Source: Ginglymostoma cirratum
Lineage: Eukaryota
Direction: 5' to 3'
NCBI GenBank assembly: GCA_024137785.1
Contig: JAHRHZ010000032.1
Coordinates: forward strand, 4,962,149-5,026,148
DNA: 64,000 nt
Shown: in pieces, positions 1 to 13,384 of the stretch
Position numbering within the stretch: position 1 is the stretch's first letter
Layout: each line of letters opens with the position of its first letter
The notes under the pieces: model-generated
Databases searched by the model: none
Told to the model about the DNA's origin: nothing
The model's input: only the letters and a program-made list of their open reading frames with translations
Translations under genes and position numbers: made by a program

Positions 1-660
1 GCTCTGTCATCAAATGACTTAATCTCTGTTTTAAAGTGGGTGGCCCTTTATTTTAAAACACTCTCCCACACAACATCCTTTCCATATCCACCCTGTCAGT
101 ACTCGTCAAGATCTTATGTTTCAAGAAGGTATCACTAAACTTTCTAAACTCCAGTGATGCAAGCCTAGCAACTCCAACCTTTCCTCATATAACAGCCCAC
201 CTGTTACACGTATTAGTCTAGTAAATCTTCTATGAAGTACCTCCAAAGAATTTACATCGTTCCTTAAAATGAACACGAATACTGTACTTTAAATGTGGTC
301 TCACTAATGCCCTACATAACTGAAGCATAACTCCCTACTTTTGTTTTCAATTCCCTCTAAATCAATGATAACATTCTAATAGCTTTCTTCATGACTTTCT
401 GCGATGTATACTAATGTTTTGTAATTCAGGCACTTAGGCATCTAGATCTCTCTTCATCTACTCACAATTCAGATAATATGGTTTTTTTTTATTCTTCCTG
501 CTGAAACGAACAACTTCACATTTTCCCAAATTTCCCTTCCACCCTCTACCCTCTTTTTGAGGAAAGGAATTACATTTGTTATTTTCCATTCAAATGGAAT
601 CTTTCCCAAATGCAGGGGATTTTGAAAGAGAAAACACTTCAACTATCACATTAGCCATTT
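1..660 (-). mobile_element. Degenerate CR1 LINE fragments
   Basis: Similar to the other minus-strand CR1 3' regions in the window (e.g. 13500-14050, 24840-25110). Confidence 0.55.
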
Positions 661-2929
661 AGTTTAAGACCTCAGGATCCATGAACTTGCCAGCTACAGC
701 TCCAACGTGTGCCGTAGAGAATACTGCAGGATTACTCAATAGAATTCCAGGTAATAGAACAGCCCTTCAATAAGGAAAGGTCTGTTTGGTTATGTGGTGG
801 AATTGTGTTGATTGTGTGAACGACAATACATGAACTGCACACTACAGTCACAAGCCAAGTGTTTGGCGGCAAACTACACTCTGATCTCCTCTTCTGATGG
901 TATTATGGACACAATAGAAAAACCATAAGTGCTGCCAGGAAACCTGAGCACTGACTGGCATGATGCACAGAGTACAGTACAAACTCCTGCTGTACATTGA
1001 GTTGCAATTGAAGTACATTTCTGAATTTACATGTATTGTTTGCAAGTAATGTAAATACAGTTATTTACACCCTGCAACATGAGGAATCTTGTTATCCTGG
1101 TGAAGCCATGTCTTTAGACCACTGGTTTCTCTTTGCCCTTTCTTTACATACAGTTAATGACCTCCATTACATAACAGAGTACATCAAACTCTAAGATGTT
1201 AGAGATGTTGCTAGTGCAACCTGAAAGCGCCCAGAGGTTCATCGCCACAAACACTTTTATAGCTACTGAGAATGAATGCCATCCTCATACTGTTCTGAGG
1301 CTGAGGATCTACTGCTTTTGATGAGCATCTCCTTTGTGGAATGAAAATGGTGATGGGGGCCGTACCTCTGGTCTGTGTGGATATTGTGCACTTTCCCAAA
1401 ATTTCTCCAAAGTGTGCAAATGAAGTCCTGAGAAGGATTTCATTGTAACTTGAAATTCAACATTTTCTGCATTCATACATTGTCTAAAACTGAACCCCAA
1501 TGCCATTTCATTCCCATTTACAATGAGAGAAGAGTTAATTGAGGTTCTTGTTTGAGACCAAACCTCCTTTTCATGGTCTGCTGTATTGAAGACCAGTAAA
1601 CTGTCTAAACTATCTTAAATAAGAGAGTCAGTGCTTATTTGCTGTGGCTTTTGCAAATTTTAATAGTGTAAAATCAAAATTACTGAACAGTACAATTTAC
1701 GGGTATTAATATGTTGAAAAACAATACTCCACATTAATTTCACTCCACATGCTAGAAGTTTTTCTTAAATTGTATGTTCAGATAGTCTGTGATGTGGGAA
1801 ACATCAAGGGCAGTACCATATGAGGAAATAAATATCTGGGAGGGAAGTAAACTTAGACCACAAGGTTTATTTTATTGAGTTTATCAATCGCATGAACTGC
1901 TTTGAACTTCAAAGGATCTAGGGCAGTCAAACAGGAAAATCAATATGACAATTAGTGCTCCTCAATTTTACACAGAAGTAATAAATCCTGTTGTGGAATT
2001 CTGAGCAGCATTGAAGTGAATTTATTCTTTTACCTTCATAATACTGTCTTTCAAAAAAAAAATTTATTAGCTCAGGACAGGCAGTCCAAAGGGCAGGCAG
2101 TCCAATGTGGAGACATCATGATTAATCTGTTGGGATTTAAGCTGCAAAACTGGTCTGTAATAAAATACCAGATATAGTTGCAATAATGCGTTTCTGATTT
2201 CCCAGTTGTGTCCTATTGAAGGTTCCTGCATTTCAATGCGGTAGTCTTTTAGTTCAGTTCGGGTATGCACCTATTTATCCATCAATCTCTTCACCTGAGA
2301 AGACACTTAGTGTGCAATCATCTACAGAATTCCATTTTCTTTTGAGTCTGTAGGTTATTACTTCTCTATCTCTTTTGTCTCATTGATTAATCTGTCATCT
2401 GACATTGACTTGTATATCTCAGAGCATATGCAAGCTGTTTTGCTTATCCATTTAATGTAAGCTCACTCACTGATGGTATGGTAAATTTGCTGTAGTACAT
2501 AAAGGACCATAGGCATCTGGTTCCTTTGTAAAGAGACAATTGGTTACATAGTTACATCTCACATCAAACGTAAGGCAATCTTGCTCACCAAATTCTGGAA
2601 ATCATAGCAATTCACAGGAAATGGAAAGTTGAGGAAATTGAAGTCATAATAATCAAAAGTTGTAACTGAAAGTCCAACCAAAAAGAAGTTAGGTGACAAT
2701 CTGAAAGGCTCAACTCTGCAGAACATTGAAACTAGAATTATTTGTAGACTTATTGTGATTCTTGTCATTAAATGGAACTAGAAGAAAACCTATCCTGAGA
2801 TTAGTAAGAAGTCAAGAGTGCATCAACAATAGTAATCATTTAGTGAAGGGCCCAAATGGGTGCTGCACCATCACCAACATCACCCAAGTGGAGTGCATTA
2901 AATTGTTCACACAGGCTGCTAATTGTGAC

Positions 2930-3958
2930 AATTTGAACATGTTTAGTGATTAGGAAAATGTAAGATAGATGAAGTGTAATGAATATAAATGTGAGGTTAT
3001 CCACTTTGGTAGCCAAAGCAGGAACACAGATCATTATATGAGTTGTGATAGATTGGGAAAGGTGGAGGTGACAAACTTTGTACACCAGTTGCTGTAAATA
3101 AACATGCAGGCACAGCAGGTGGTGAAGAAGGCAACTGGCATATTGCACTTCACATTGAGCAGGAACTGAGTACAGCAGCAGGGATGTCTTGCTGCAATTG
3201 TACAGGGCCTTGGTGAGACCACATCTGGTGTATTGTGCCCATTGTTATCTAAGGAGGGATGTTCAAGCTTGAGAGGGAGTGCAATAAACTGACTGATTCC
3301 TGGGATGACAGGACTAATGTATGAAGAGAGACCGGGTTGGTTAGGTCCATATTCACTGGAGTTTAGCAGGAGTGATCTCATAGAAATTTTTAAAATTCCA
3401 ACAGGCCTTGACCAAGGAGTCCATAAATAGGAGTCACAGTCGAAGGAAATGGATGGGCCATTTAGGTCTGAGATGAGGAGAATTTTCTTCATCCAGTAAG
3501 TGGTAAGCCTCTGAATTCTCTTCCAGAGAAAGTGGTTGAGACCAATAAATTGAATATTCTCAAGAATGCATTAGAAAAAGTACTCAGGGCTAAAGGGGTC
3601 AAAGAGTACGAGGAAAATGCAGTGAAATAACTCCATGGAAGCCAGTATCCCATCACCAAGTCACCTTTTACTTGCATGTGGAAAGTCCTTGACACTGATC
3701 CAGCTCCCTTAGAGCCAGCTCTCAGAGTGAACAGGATGGCTGACACTCCTGTTCTTATCTGTCGGCCAGGGTTTCCTGATTGGACCAGATTAACAGCCCC
3801 AATCAGGGAACTCAGATTCTGTGAGGTCCACCTGGCTGACCTTGTTACAATGACTACAAACAGCAAATTGAGTTGGATGATTATCAATGATGATGTTGAT
3901 AACTCAGCAGGCTCAAAGGGCCAAATGGCCTACTCCTGCTGCTCTTTCCTTCCTTTCT
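2930..3958 (+). mobile_element. CR1 LINE 3' remnant, split by a solo LTR
   Basis: LQLYRALVRPHL-like RT C-terminus near 3190-3230 and CR1 tail aagggccaaatggcctactcctgct...tttctatg at about 3916-3961. Confidence 0.8.
3623..3858 (-). mobile_element. Solo LTR candidate (236 bp)
   Basis: TG...CA ends (minus strand TGTAG...TTTCA), two CCAAT boxes and an AGTAAA polyA-like signal; cleanly interrupts the CR1. The TSD is imperfect (tgcag/aacag). Confidence 0.6.
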
Positions 3959-4429
3959 ATGCGACTTTGGTTAAATGTTCTCATGGTACCTTGGCAAGGA
4001 CAGAAACCTGATCAGAGGGATTCAAACATGGAGTTCCAGGAAAGATGGGTATTTATTTGGGAGACAATCATATGGTGAAATACCGCAGGCGTTTGATGGG
4101 TGATAAGGAGGTTGAGGTCACAGGACTTTTAATTTAAGGAGCTAGGTATTGAAGAATAGTGTGACTGTACTTGAACAGTGAGAACTGTTCACAACATTAG
4201 CTACTGAAAAGACCAGAAGGGGAAGTTTAATAACAACAAAAGACTGCAGATGCTGGAAATCTAAAGCAAAAACAGAAAATGTTAGAGAATCTCAGCAGTT
4301 CTGACTGCTGATTGAGTCATATCAGACTCACAGTTAGCTTTGTTTTGCTGTCTACAAGAAGTGAAGTTTAGCTTGAATAGGGTTGTGGAAGCAGGAAGTG
4401 GACCTGGCAGATCAAATAAGCTTGGGAAG

Positions 4430-5015
4430 AAAGAAATAGGAGCAGGAGTCAGTATTTGGCCCCTCAAACCTGCTCCACTGTTCAACAAGATCCAAGGCTG
4501 ATCTGCTCCAGGCCTAAACTCCTCTTTCATATCAACTCAGCAAAATCCTCAGCTCCTTGATATTTCTAAAATCTATCTCCCTCCCCTTTTAATACTTTCA
4601 GTGATCTGTCCACCACAACTCTCTGGGGTACAGAATTCCAGAGGCTTACTACTCTCTAGGAGTAGAAACTCCTTCCCACCTCAGTTTTAAATGATTGTCC
4701 AATTATTCCTTATCTATGTCGAGATTTCTCCAATAGTGGAACATTCTTTTCAACATCTACCCTCTCAAGCTACCCCAGAAGCTTGTATGTTTCAATAAAG
4801 TCACCCTTCATTCTTCTAAATAAAGGCCTAACCTGTCTAGCCATTCTTGATAAATCAATACCTTCATCCCACGAATCAGACTTACAAATCTTTTTTGAAC
4901 TGCCTCCAATGCCAGAATCTCCTTTTTTAAATATGGGGACCATAAATGTATGCCATTCTCCAGGTGCAGCCTCACAAACATTCTGTACAATTGTAACAAG
5001 ATTTCCCTATATTTA
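4430..5015 (-). mobile_element. CR1 LINE 3' remnant
   Basis: ORF 4808-5023 HLENGIHLWSPYLKKEILALEAVQKRF is the CR1 RT C-terminal motif; CR1 tail at about 4430-4500. Confidence 0.82.
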
Positions 5016-5366
5016 AACCTCATGTCATGAGGATAGATGGAATATTAACTAGAAAAAGGAGTGAGCTCAGGGTTGGGACAGAAGGGTTCCTTTGAGGAAG
5101 TTTAGCTTGCTGGGCAAGTGGAAGGTAGGGAAATAACAGAGACAGCTGGTTGGATAGTCTCAAGTTCAATAACAAATAAGTCCATGAGCTCCTTGCACTT
5201 GCTGTTCTATTATGTCATTGAGTCGTTTGAAGTTTCAATGTGCAAAAGCTAGTTGTAATTTATTAGGAATGAATATTTAAAAAAAGCTTTCCATGAGAAG
5301 TATCAACTCTACTCATTGAAAGAAATGACTATCCAATGGAAATGCAAAACAATGTACCATAATTTC

Positions 5367-5974
5367 TCGGATAGAGATTGTAGGAACTGCAGATGCTGGA
5401 GAATCTGAGATAACAAGGTGTAGAGCTGGATGAACACAGCAGGCCAAGCAGCATCATAGGAGAAGGAAAGCTGACGTTTCGGGCCTAGACCCTTCTTCAG
5501 AAATGGCATTTCTGAAGAAGGGNNNNNNNNNNNNNNNNNNNNNNNNNNNNNNNNNNNNNNNNNNNNNNNNNNNNNNNNNNNNNNNNNNNNNNNNNNNNNN
5601 NNNNNNNNNNNNNNNNNNNNNNNNNNNNNNNNNNNNNNNNNNNNNNNNNNNNNNNNNNNNNNNNNNNNNNNNNNNNNNNNNNNNNNNNNNNNNNNNNNNN
5701 NNNNNNNNNNNNNNNNNNNNNNNNNNNNNNNNNNNNNNNNNNNNNNNNNNNNNNNNNNNNNNNNNNNNNNNNNNNNNNNNNNNNNNNNNNNNNNNNNNNN
5801 NNNNNNNNNNNNNNNNNNNNNNNNNNNNNNNNNNNNNNNNNNNNNNNNNNNNNNNNNNNNNNNNNNNNNNNNNNNNNNNNNNNNNNNNNNNNNNNNNNNN
5901 NNNNNNNNNNNNNNNNNNNNNNCTCCTATGATGCTGCTTGGCCTGCTGTGTTCATCCAGCTCTACACCTTGTTA
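5367..5974. mobile_element. Palindromic PLE-terminus mini-element (family A) spanning a 400-N gap
   Basis: Inverted arms of gataacaaggtgtagagctggatgaacacagcaggccaagcagcatc...; TSD taccataatttc at 5355-5366 and 5975-5986; palindrome centre visible at about 5506. Confidence 0.85.
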
Positions 5975-6519
5975 TACCATAATTTCCCCTTTGGAAGTAA
6001 TGTTAAATTAATCGTTAATAAAATGAGATTATAAAAGTTGAAATAATAGCTTGCTACCATTTCTCAGACTGTGTTGATGCTCAATTTAAGTGCGCCTTTC
6101 TGTAGAGTATTTAGGGATCAAAAATTAAAAATCAACCAACAGAGCAAATTGAAATCATTAGTGAATTGTATTGTGAAGAACTTTCCTCAAGTGTGGGAGG
6201 AATGAAACAGGGTATTGTGTCCATTGTTCTAATCAACACAACTGTGAAAAATGATATATGTTTAATAAGTGTCAAGTAATCTGATCTTGGTAGAAAGATG
6301 ACCTGTGTGGAAATTGAAAATTTAATATTAATAGTTTATAAATAATTTGTACATTTATAAAAAAAATTAATTAAATATTCAATTCAGATTCTATTTTAAT
6401 TTAAAACAGAAAATGTGAATAACTCTCAGCAAGCCAGGTTAGAGCTGTGGCGAGAGCAGACCAGTTAATATTTCAGAGTGGATTCCTTCATCAGAGCCGG
6501 AAGGTATTAAAGATGAATA

Positions 6520-6995
6520 ACATCAGTAGCACTCTCATCTCTGAGTTAGAAAGCTGTGAGTTCATGCCTGCTTCAGTAAATGAAACCTTTTGTCTAGCTG
6601 ATGTGCCAATGCAGTATCAGGGAACTCTGCACAGTTACAGATGCTGTCTTTTGGATGGGACATTAAAAGGAGCCCTGTCTACCCTTTCAAGATGTCATGG
6701 CATCATTCACAGGAAAACAGAATACTTCCCTCAGTGCCCTGAGCAGTACTTACCTTTTGACTATAAATATAAAAATAAAATACTGCAGATGTCAGAAACA
6801 TGAGATAGGAACAAAAAAAATTCTGAAAGGATTCTGGTGAAGGGTCATAAACCTGAAAAGTTAACTCTCTTTATCTCCTGCTGATTTTAGCATACTTTCT
6901 CGCATACTTTGTTGTTCTTATCCCTCAGGGAATACGGTTGTTATCATTGCTCTGCTTGAGAGACCTGGTTTGATGCAAATTGGCTGCGGCATTTA
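6520..6995 (+). mobile_element. Old Deu-domain-type SINE remnant, interrupted by a degenerate PLE-terminus element (about 6765-6915)
   Basis: gatgctgtcttttggatgggacattaaaaggag resembles the recalled Deu core GTGCCGTCTTTCGGATGAGACG; the SINE resumes with gcaaattggctgc near 6975. Confidence 0.5.
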
Positions 6996-7553
6996 TTATG
7001 TGGCATGAGTAAAATGGATGAAAATAAGGAAAAGAGAAACAGAATAAATGAGTGGCAAGACAACACAAGCAGGAAAAAAACTGAACAGCCTGCAGAAAGT
7101 TGATGTTGAGGACTGTGGTGATAAAGTATGATTAAGAATTGTTAAAACGTACGTACAAAACGCAATAGCATGCCGGTGTCATATGATGGAAAAGTTTTGC
7201 TCAAACTCATAGGAAGAATTTACAAGAATATTATGAGACTTATTACATAATGTTGAAACTTGGGCAACAGCAAAACATAAGGAACAGCACCAAGTGGCTG
7301 GGTAGAAAATGAAATGATACAATTGTTATTGCAGACTGAGAGAGGAAATAAGTTGAGGCAAGTGGTAAGGATGGGTTGCTGGCAAGAAGACTAGGATGCC
7401 CACATCTATGTGGAAAGATGTGGTGGCAACAGACTTAGACACAGTGGGATTGGAAGAGTAATGAATGGCTGACAGGAGGAGATGCAGAAGGTGATCAACT
7501 AGCATTGTGATAACCTCATGCAAATTGGGAGAAGCAGACAGGTGACTAGCTAA

Positions 7554-7651
7554 TTTTCTGAAGGAGGGTCTAGGCCCGAAACATCAGCTTTCCTGCTCCT
7601 CTGATGCTGCTTGGCCTGCTGTGTTCATCCAGCTCTACACCTTGTTATCTC
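7554..7651 (+). mobile_element. Single-arm PLE-terminus mini-element (family A)
   Basis: Same sequence as the 5367 arms; TSD tgactagctaa at 7543-7553 and 7652-7662. Confidence 0.85.
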
Positions 7652-9988
7652 TGACTAGCTAAAGGGATGGGATTAGCCACCTGGATAGGGAATCATTAAA
7701 AAACAGGTTGCAGGGATTCTACAGCCTTCCAGAAGAAAACACTAGTAAGCTCCAAGAAACAGTTTACACTTCTGCCACTTGGAAATAAATGAGTGAAGTG
7801 AATGGTCTACCTATTAGACCTCTTGCCACACCATTCATCAAGCTCCTGAACTATTACAGCTTGCTCATTTTTCTAGTTGTTAATACTTCTATTTTCACTA
7901 GCCTAATTTCCAACCCTTTAGCAGGTACTCACTGTGCCTTGAATTTGTCCTTCACTGTATTCTTGATACTCTACTTGAGCGACTTACCAGTTATTCCATT
8001 TCTTTTCCTGTGTCTGTGTGCTCACACTCTTTTTGTTCTTCCACCTTCCCTTTGCTTTGTCCCTTCTAAGATAATCTTTATCTAAGACAGATTCCAGTTC
8101 TGACAGTGTGTGCCTTCTGCAGATGTTGCTTAATTTGCTGAAGGCTTCCAGGATTTCCAGAGAACTATATCTGTGGCCATGCTACAGAGCAGCAGTCAGA
8201 TGGCCACAAAGATCCAAAGATCCTAACTGATCCTGATCCAGCTCCATAAAATCAACTTGGATATTTGGCATGGTCTTGGGAAAAGTGCATGCATTCCTGT
8301 CCATAGGAAACGCCAGACAAGCCCAGCTTTTTGGTACATTCTTCAATTTGAACATCCCAGAGATTGATGTGCAGTAAACTGAGACAGGGCTGATGTGAAT
8401 AGATTCTCCTGCTTAGTCTAAATGTTAGTACAGGATTATGTTTAAAGCAGATTCTGATTCAGCACTGCTCCCTAAAAAGATGTAAGGAAATCCTTGAAAT
8501 CCAGATACTAAAGATTTCTACCTCAATTTCTTCTCCCATGCTACCCCAGGCACAACAGAAAAAGGAAAATTTTCTTTCATTTCTGTCGAAAGATGCACTT
8601 TCTTATTACAAAGCAATGAGTAAACAGAATGGCAGTAGAACTAATTGGCAATAAGCTGACACAGACAGCCTGGGACAAATGGTCACGTTCTGTCCTGAAT
8701 GATACAATGATTTTCACCTTTTGATCACAGAACAATCATGTGTGTGATCAAGAAGGAGTGAATGCATAGCAACAATATTCCACCAATCCAATGCTTGTAA
8801 TGGCATGAAATAAAAAGAACATTTCAATCCTTGTGCGAATTTAAATGTGACAATTGCAGCATCATATCAGTGAGTACAGATTGGGAAAAGAAGGATGCAG
8901 TTTGAGTTACTTCTCCTGATTATAATCCCACAATCCCTATGGGAAAGTGCGCAAATAGGTCTGCTGCCCATTTGGAACAGTGTCATGCTGCATCATAATG
9001 TTCACTGGAGAGATTTTGAGACAAATAATAGGACATTAGGTAAGAAACAAAGGTTTACCAGGCCCTACAGATTGTAGTTCAGTGAGTCAGTGTCTTCAGA
9101 ACTGGAGAAAACTAGTTCATATTGCAGAGAGAATTTCTGTATGTAACAATGTATTTAGGTTTTGAGCTGACTTTCATTACAGTTCTACAAATGTTAACCT
9201 GAAATCTGATTTTTAAAAAAATTACCTAAAGATTTTCGAAGTCACAGATTCCAAAATGTCATTCTCTTTGGATCCGTGTTACTTAATTTATACTGTGTTA
9301 TGTTTATTCCTGTCTTACCCAGTAAAGAAAATCATGCAGATTTAGAAAATACATAAATGAGCAAAAAGTGAAATGGTTTTTTTCTGCCCTGTTTGTTCAT
9401 TTTAGAAAAACATCCTGCTTTATACGAATGTGTAGTGAATTAGAATGGAAAGTGTTAAGGCATTGGTCACTATGGTGAGTGTCTATGTAGCAGTGGAATG
9501 GGGGTGGGTGGGTTGAGACAGTAGTTATGACGGGGGAGAGGTGGGGTTCTGCAGCAGTAGTCAAGCAAAGAAGTGTCAAGGTAGTGTTCAGGTTGGAGGA
9601 TAGCAAGGGTCAAGGTAACGGTTAGATGGGAGGGTTGAGATTATGGTTGGATTGGGGGATTAGTGGCAATTTGAGGTAGCATTACAAATTTGGGTGAAGT
9701 TATCTGGGGGAGTAACCTGTGGTTTTGATATAGACCTGGGAGAATCATCCTTACACCATCTGGTTTCATTTTGAGGTTACCTTTTTTATGCAGTGCACAT
9801 TTTGGTAGAAGTCTGAAATCAGTCTCTTTATGGATCCATTAGTTAGGCCAGAAGTAGGCCTGACTTTCCTGAAACCACAGTTAGGCCAACACAAGTTATG
9901 CTCTTGGCAAGTTAATTTGGTAATGGGACCAGCAAATAGTTGTTATGCTCCTTATCTAATAGTTGTTTCTGGTGTGGGACCTGGAAGT

Positions 9989-10332
9989 AGGGAAGGTCAT
10001 AATTGCTGGACTGTTAATCCAGAGACCCAGATAACATTCTGGACACCCAGGCTTGAATCCTGCGAAGGAAGATGGTGGAATTTGAATTAATTAAAACATC
10101 TGGAATTAAGAATCTGATGATGACCATGAATCCATTGCAGATTGTTGGGAAAAAACCCAGCTGGTTCACTAATGCCCTTCAGCGAAGGAAACTGCCATCC
10201 TTACCTGGTCTGCCCTACATGTGACTCCACACCCACAGTAATGTGGTTGACTCTGAACTACCCTCTGGGCAATTATGGATGGGCAATAAATGCTGCCTAG
10301 CCAGTGATGCCCTCATTCCGTTAATAAATAAA
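9989..10332 (+). mobile_element. tRNA-derived SINE (window's main SINE family)
   Basis: Conserved core ctggttcactaatg...gaaggaaactgccatccttacctggtctg..ctacatgtgactcc and tail ggatgggcaataaatgctg; 5' head degraded. Confidence 0.85.
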
Positions 10333-11183
10333 GGGGGAGAAAAGCTCTTTTCGTGCCATTGGAACATGATTGACAGTGTACTTCTCGCTCAGAATGCAAG
10401 TGTCTACCCCAAGCTGTTTTATGAGATGCTTTAGTATGTAAAATAGATGCAGTTTTGATAAATGTCTGGGCCCATACATTTCACTGAAGTTCCCTCTGTG
10501 ATGTCTCTCATCCCTTTCATTTTAACACTATGTTTCTGGAAGATTGTACATATGTATTATTTCTGTTGCCTAGGAAAGATTTTCAGGAAAATGCCCTTAA
10601 ATGAGAAACAAAACATATTCAGTGGTTAATAAACACACGCTATGTTAAAGTTTTGAGGCAGGCCTCAGAATTCCTAATGAATGACTCATGATATTAAAAG
10701 TTAAAAAACATAACTTCCTTCCCAGGTGCTTTTAGGGAATGGCTCAGAGAAGAACATTTATTAACTAATGTGCAGTAACTAATGTGAAAGAACAGTGAGA
10801 ACATCAGTGGCTACCGGCTCCATTCAATCCTACTTACAGGAAATGAGCTTTGATGCGAAGCTGACTCTAGGACCTCAAGGGACAGCTGCATTGAAGACTG
10901 AAGTTGATGTTGGAGATGAGAGTGAATAGAAAGAAAGAGATGATTACATAATGAAATAGAAGAAAGAGAGTCTGAGTAATTAAGATTTTACGTTCTTCGG
11001 AGCTGCTTGTTGTGAAGGAAGGGAAGTTGGATCAAATGAAACCACATCAAATGCCACAGTGTCAACAGGTGAATTGCAGTAATGTTCTGAAACAAGCTGT
11101 GTCCCTATGTTGGAAAACAAATGTGGTGCTTGCCAAATATTGATCAATGAACATAGAGTCTTGCTTTTCGAGGAGCTTAGCGA

Positions 11184-11258
11184 GACAGCGAGGGAGAGAG
11201 ATAGAGGGAGGAGGGTGTGTGTCTGTGTGTGTGTGCACGCGCACGCGTATGCGTGTGT
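11184..11258. repeat. Compound (GA)n/(GT)n/(GC) microsatellite
   Basis: gagagagatagagggaggagggtgtgtgtctgtgtgtgtgtgcacgcgcacgcgtatgcgtgtgt. Confidence 0.8.
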
Positions 11259-12314
11259 CAGGGGTAGTCAGGTATACAAAAATTTGCACCTAAAACACAC
11301 CGTCATTGAACTGTCCAAGTGTCAAAGAATACAAATGTTTGAAATGTCTTCAAAAATCTCACATCAAAACAGTGTTTTGGATTTTTTTGTGTCACAGAAA
11401 GTTTTTAAAAATATTGATAGCTTCATTAGACATTTAACTTTATTTTATGTCAGCACAGCTCCTGAGGTGGATAGTTGGTTGAGAAAATATGGTGGGGAGA
11501 GGGCAAAGGAGGCTGCGTGGCAGGCTTAGCTTGGCAAATATAGAAACATTTATTAAAGTGTCAGGGTAATGGGTACAGGTCAGCATAGTGGGTATGGGGC
11601 AGGCATGGGAATGGGCAGAAAGGTATAGGAGAGTAGGATACATTTCCTATATTATAACAATGGATACAAGTCAGTGGTACTTCACTGGCTGTGAAACAGG
11701 GGGTACAAAAGGTGACATAGAAATGCAAGTTTATCTTTATAGGTGTCCCTGGATTAGAGAATTAAAAATAAATTGAGTTCCTTTGCCCACTGCAGTTCAG
11801 ACCATATTGGAAAAACATATGTTCGTGTCCATGTTATGTTAATATTGGATCAGTGTCAAAATCACATACAACCAATTGCACTCAGTCACTATCAAGATTC
11901 ACAAATGTCTAGTAACCTCACTGGACAAGATGCCAAAGGGCAATCCAACGCCTGCAAAGCTACTTCAGTAAGCAATGAATGCCTTTAAGAGAGAAAAAGC
12001 GATGAATTTGGCAGGAGGGAAAAGGTGTAGTTTTAAATTTTTATTAAAATTTTTAATGTTGCCAAATACAATGCATAAGAACATAAAAAAATGGAACAGA
12101 CTGTATGGTCCATTAAGCCTGTTTCAACAAGCAATACCTCATGGCTATTCTTGGGCTTCAATTCCACTTTCTCTTCATATTCCTTGATTCTCTGAGACCA
12201 TAAAACCATAAGATGGAGAAGCAGAAGTAGGCCATTCGGTCCATTGAGTCTACTCCACTATTTTATGAGATCATGGCCATTGTTCCTTCTAAGTTATACA
12301 ATCTCTGCATGACA

Positions 12315-13220
12315 TAGAACATAGTTAACAAGAACAGGACAGTGCATGAACAGGCCCTTTGGCTCATCCTGTCTGTGCTGACCATGATGCCATTCTAAAC
12401 TAATCTGCCTGCAAATGGTCCATATCCCTCTATTACCTACCTGTTCTTAAGCCTGTTTAAAATCTCTTAACCTTTGCTACCACATCTGCTTCAATTACTT
12501 CCACTGGCAGCACCCTCCAAGGCACCGTCTGTGTACGTCTCTTTTAAACTTGTCCCCTCTCCTCTTAATTCGACATTCCCACCGTGGGAAAAAGGCCCCA
12601 ACTATTCACCCTATCCATGCCTCTCATAATATTATGTCCTTCTATTAGGTCACCCCACAGCTTCTGACGCTTGAGCTAAAACAGTGTAAGTTTGTCCAAC
12701 CTGTCCTTAACATTAACATATGTCCAATCCAGGCAGCATCCTGGTAAACCTCTTCTGCACCCTCTCCAAAGCCTCCAAATCCTTCCTACAGTGTGGGGAC
12801 CAGAACTGCACGCAATATTGCAAATGCGACCTAAATAAAGTCTCACACAGTTGCAATACGACATGCCAATTTTGATTCTCAGTGCCTCGACCGATGAAGA
12901 CAAACATGCCGTATGCCTTATTTATTACCTTATCCACTTGTGCTGTCACATTCAGGGAGCTATGGACTTGCACCCCAAGATCCTCCTGTATATCAATGCT
13001 TCTAAAGGTCCTGACATTTACTGTATGTTTTCCTCTTGCAGTTGACCTTCCGAAATATATCAGCTCACATTTGTCCGGATTAAACTCCACCTGCCATTTC
13101 TCCACCCAACTTTCCAACTGATCTATATTGTGCTGTATCCTTTGACAACCTTCCCCAATCCACAACTCCACCAATTTTTGTGGCGTCTGCAAACTTACTG
13201 ATCAGACCACTGATATTTCC
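12315..13220 (-). mobile_element. CR1 LINE 3' remnant
   Basis: ORF 12713-13192 WVEKWQVEFNPDKCE...DLGVQVH...LQYCVQFWSPHCRKDLEALERVQKRFTRMLPG. Confidence 0.92.
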
Positions 13221-13384
13221 AATGACGATTGGTGTGCTGACTCAGTTTACAGAATTGATTCCCAATTCCAGAAGTCGCTGCTGTGCTTGGACCTCAGAGG
13301 TACACACAAGACAGAAAATAAAATTTTGCGAACACTGATCATAGTTGATTTCATAATCATCAGTTCCACTTTCCTGCAATTTTT

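Noticed and set aside
3676-4011. 111-aa ORF and overlapping 132/152-aa antisense ORFs
   Set aside because: They run across LTR and CR1 relic sequence and have no protein-family features.
9490-9720. G-rich strand-biased stretch (possible G-quadruplex)
   Set aside because: G-runs are irregular and it looks like low-complexity decayed sequence; no functional evidence.
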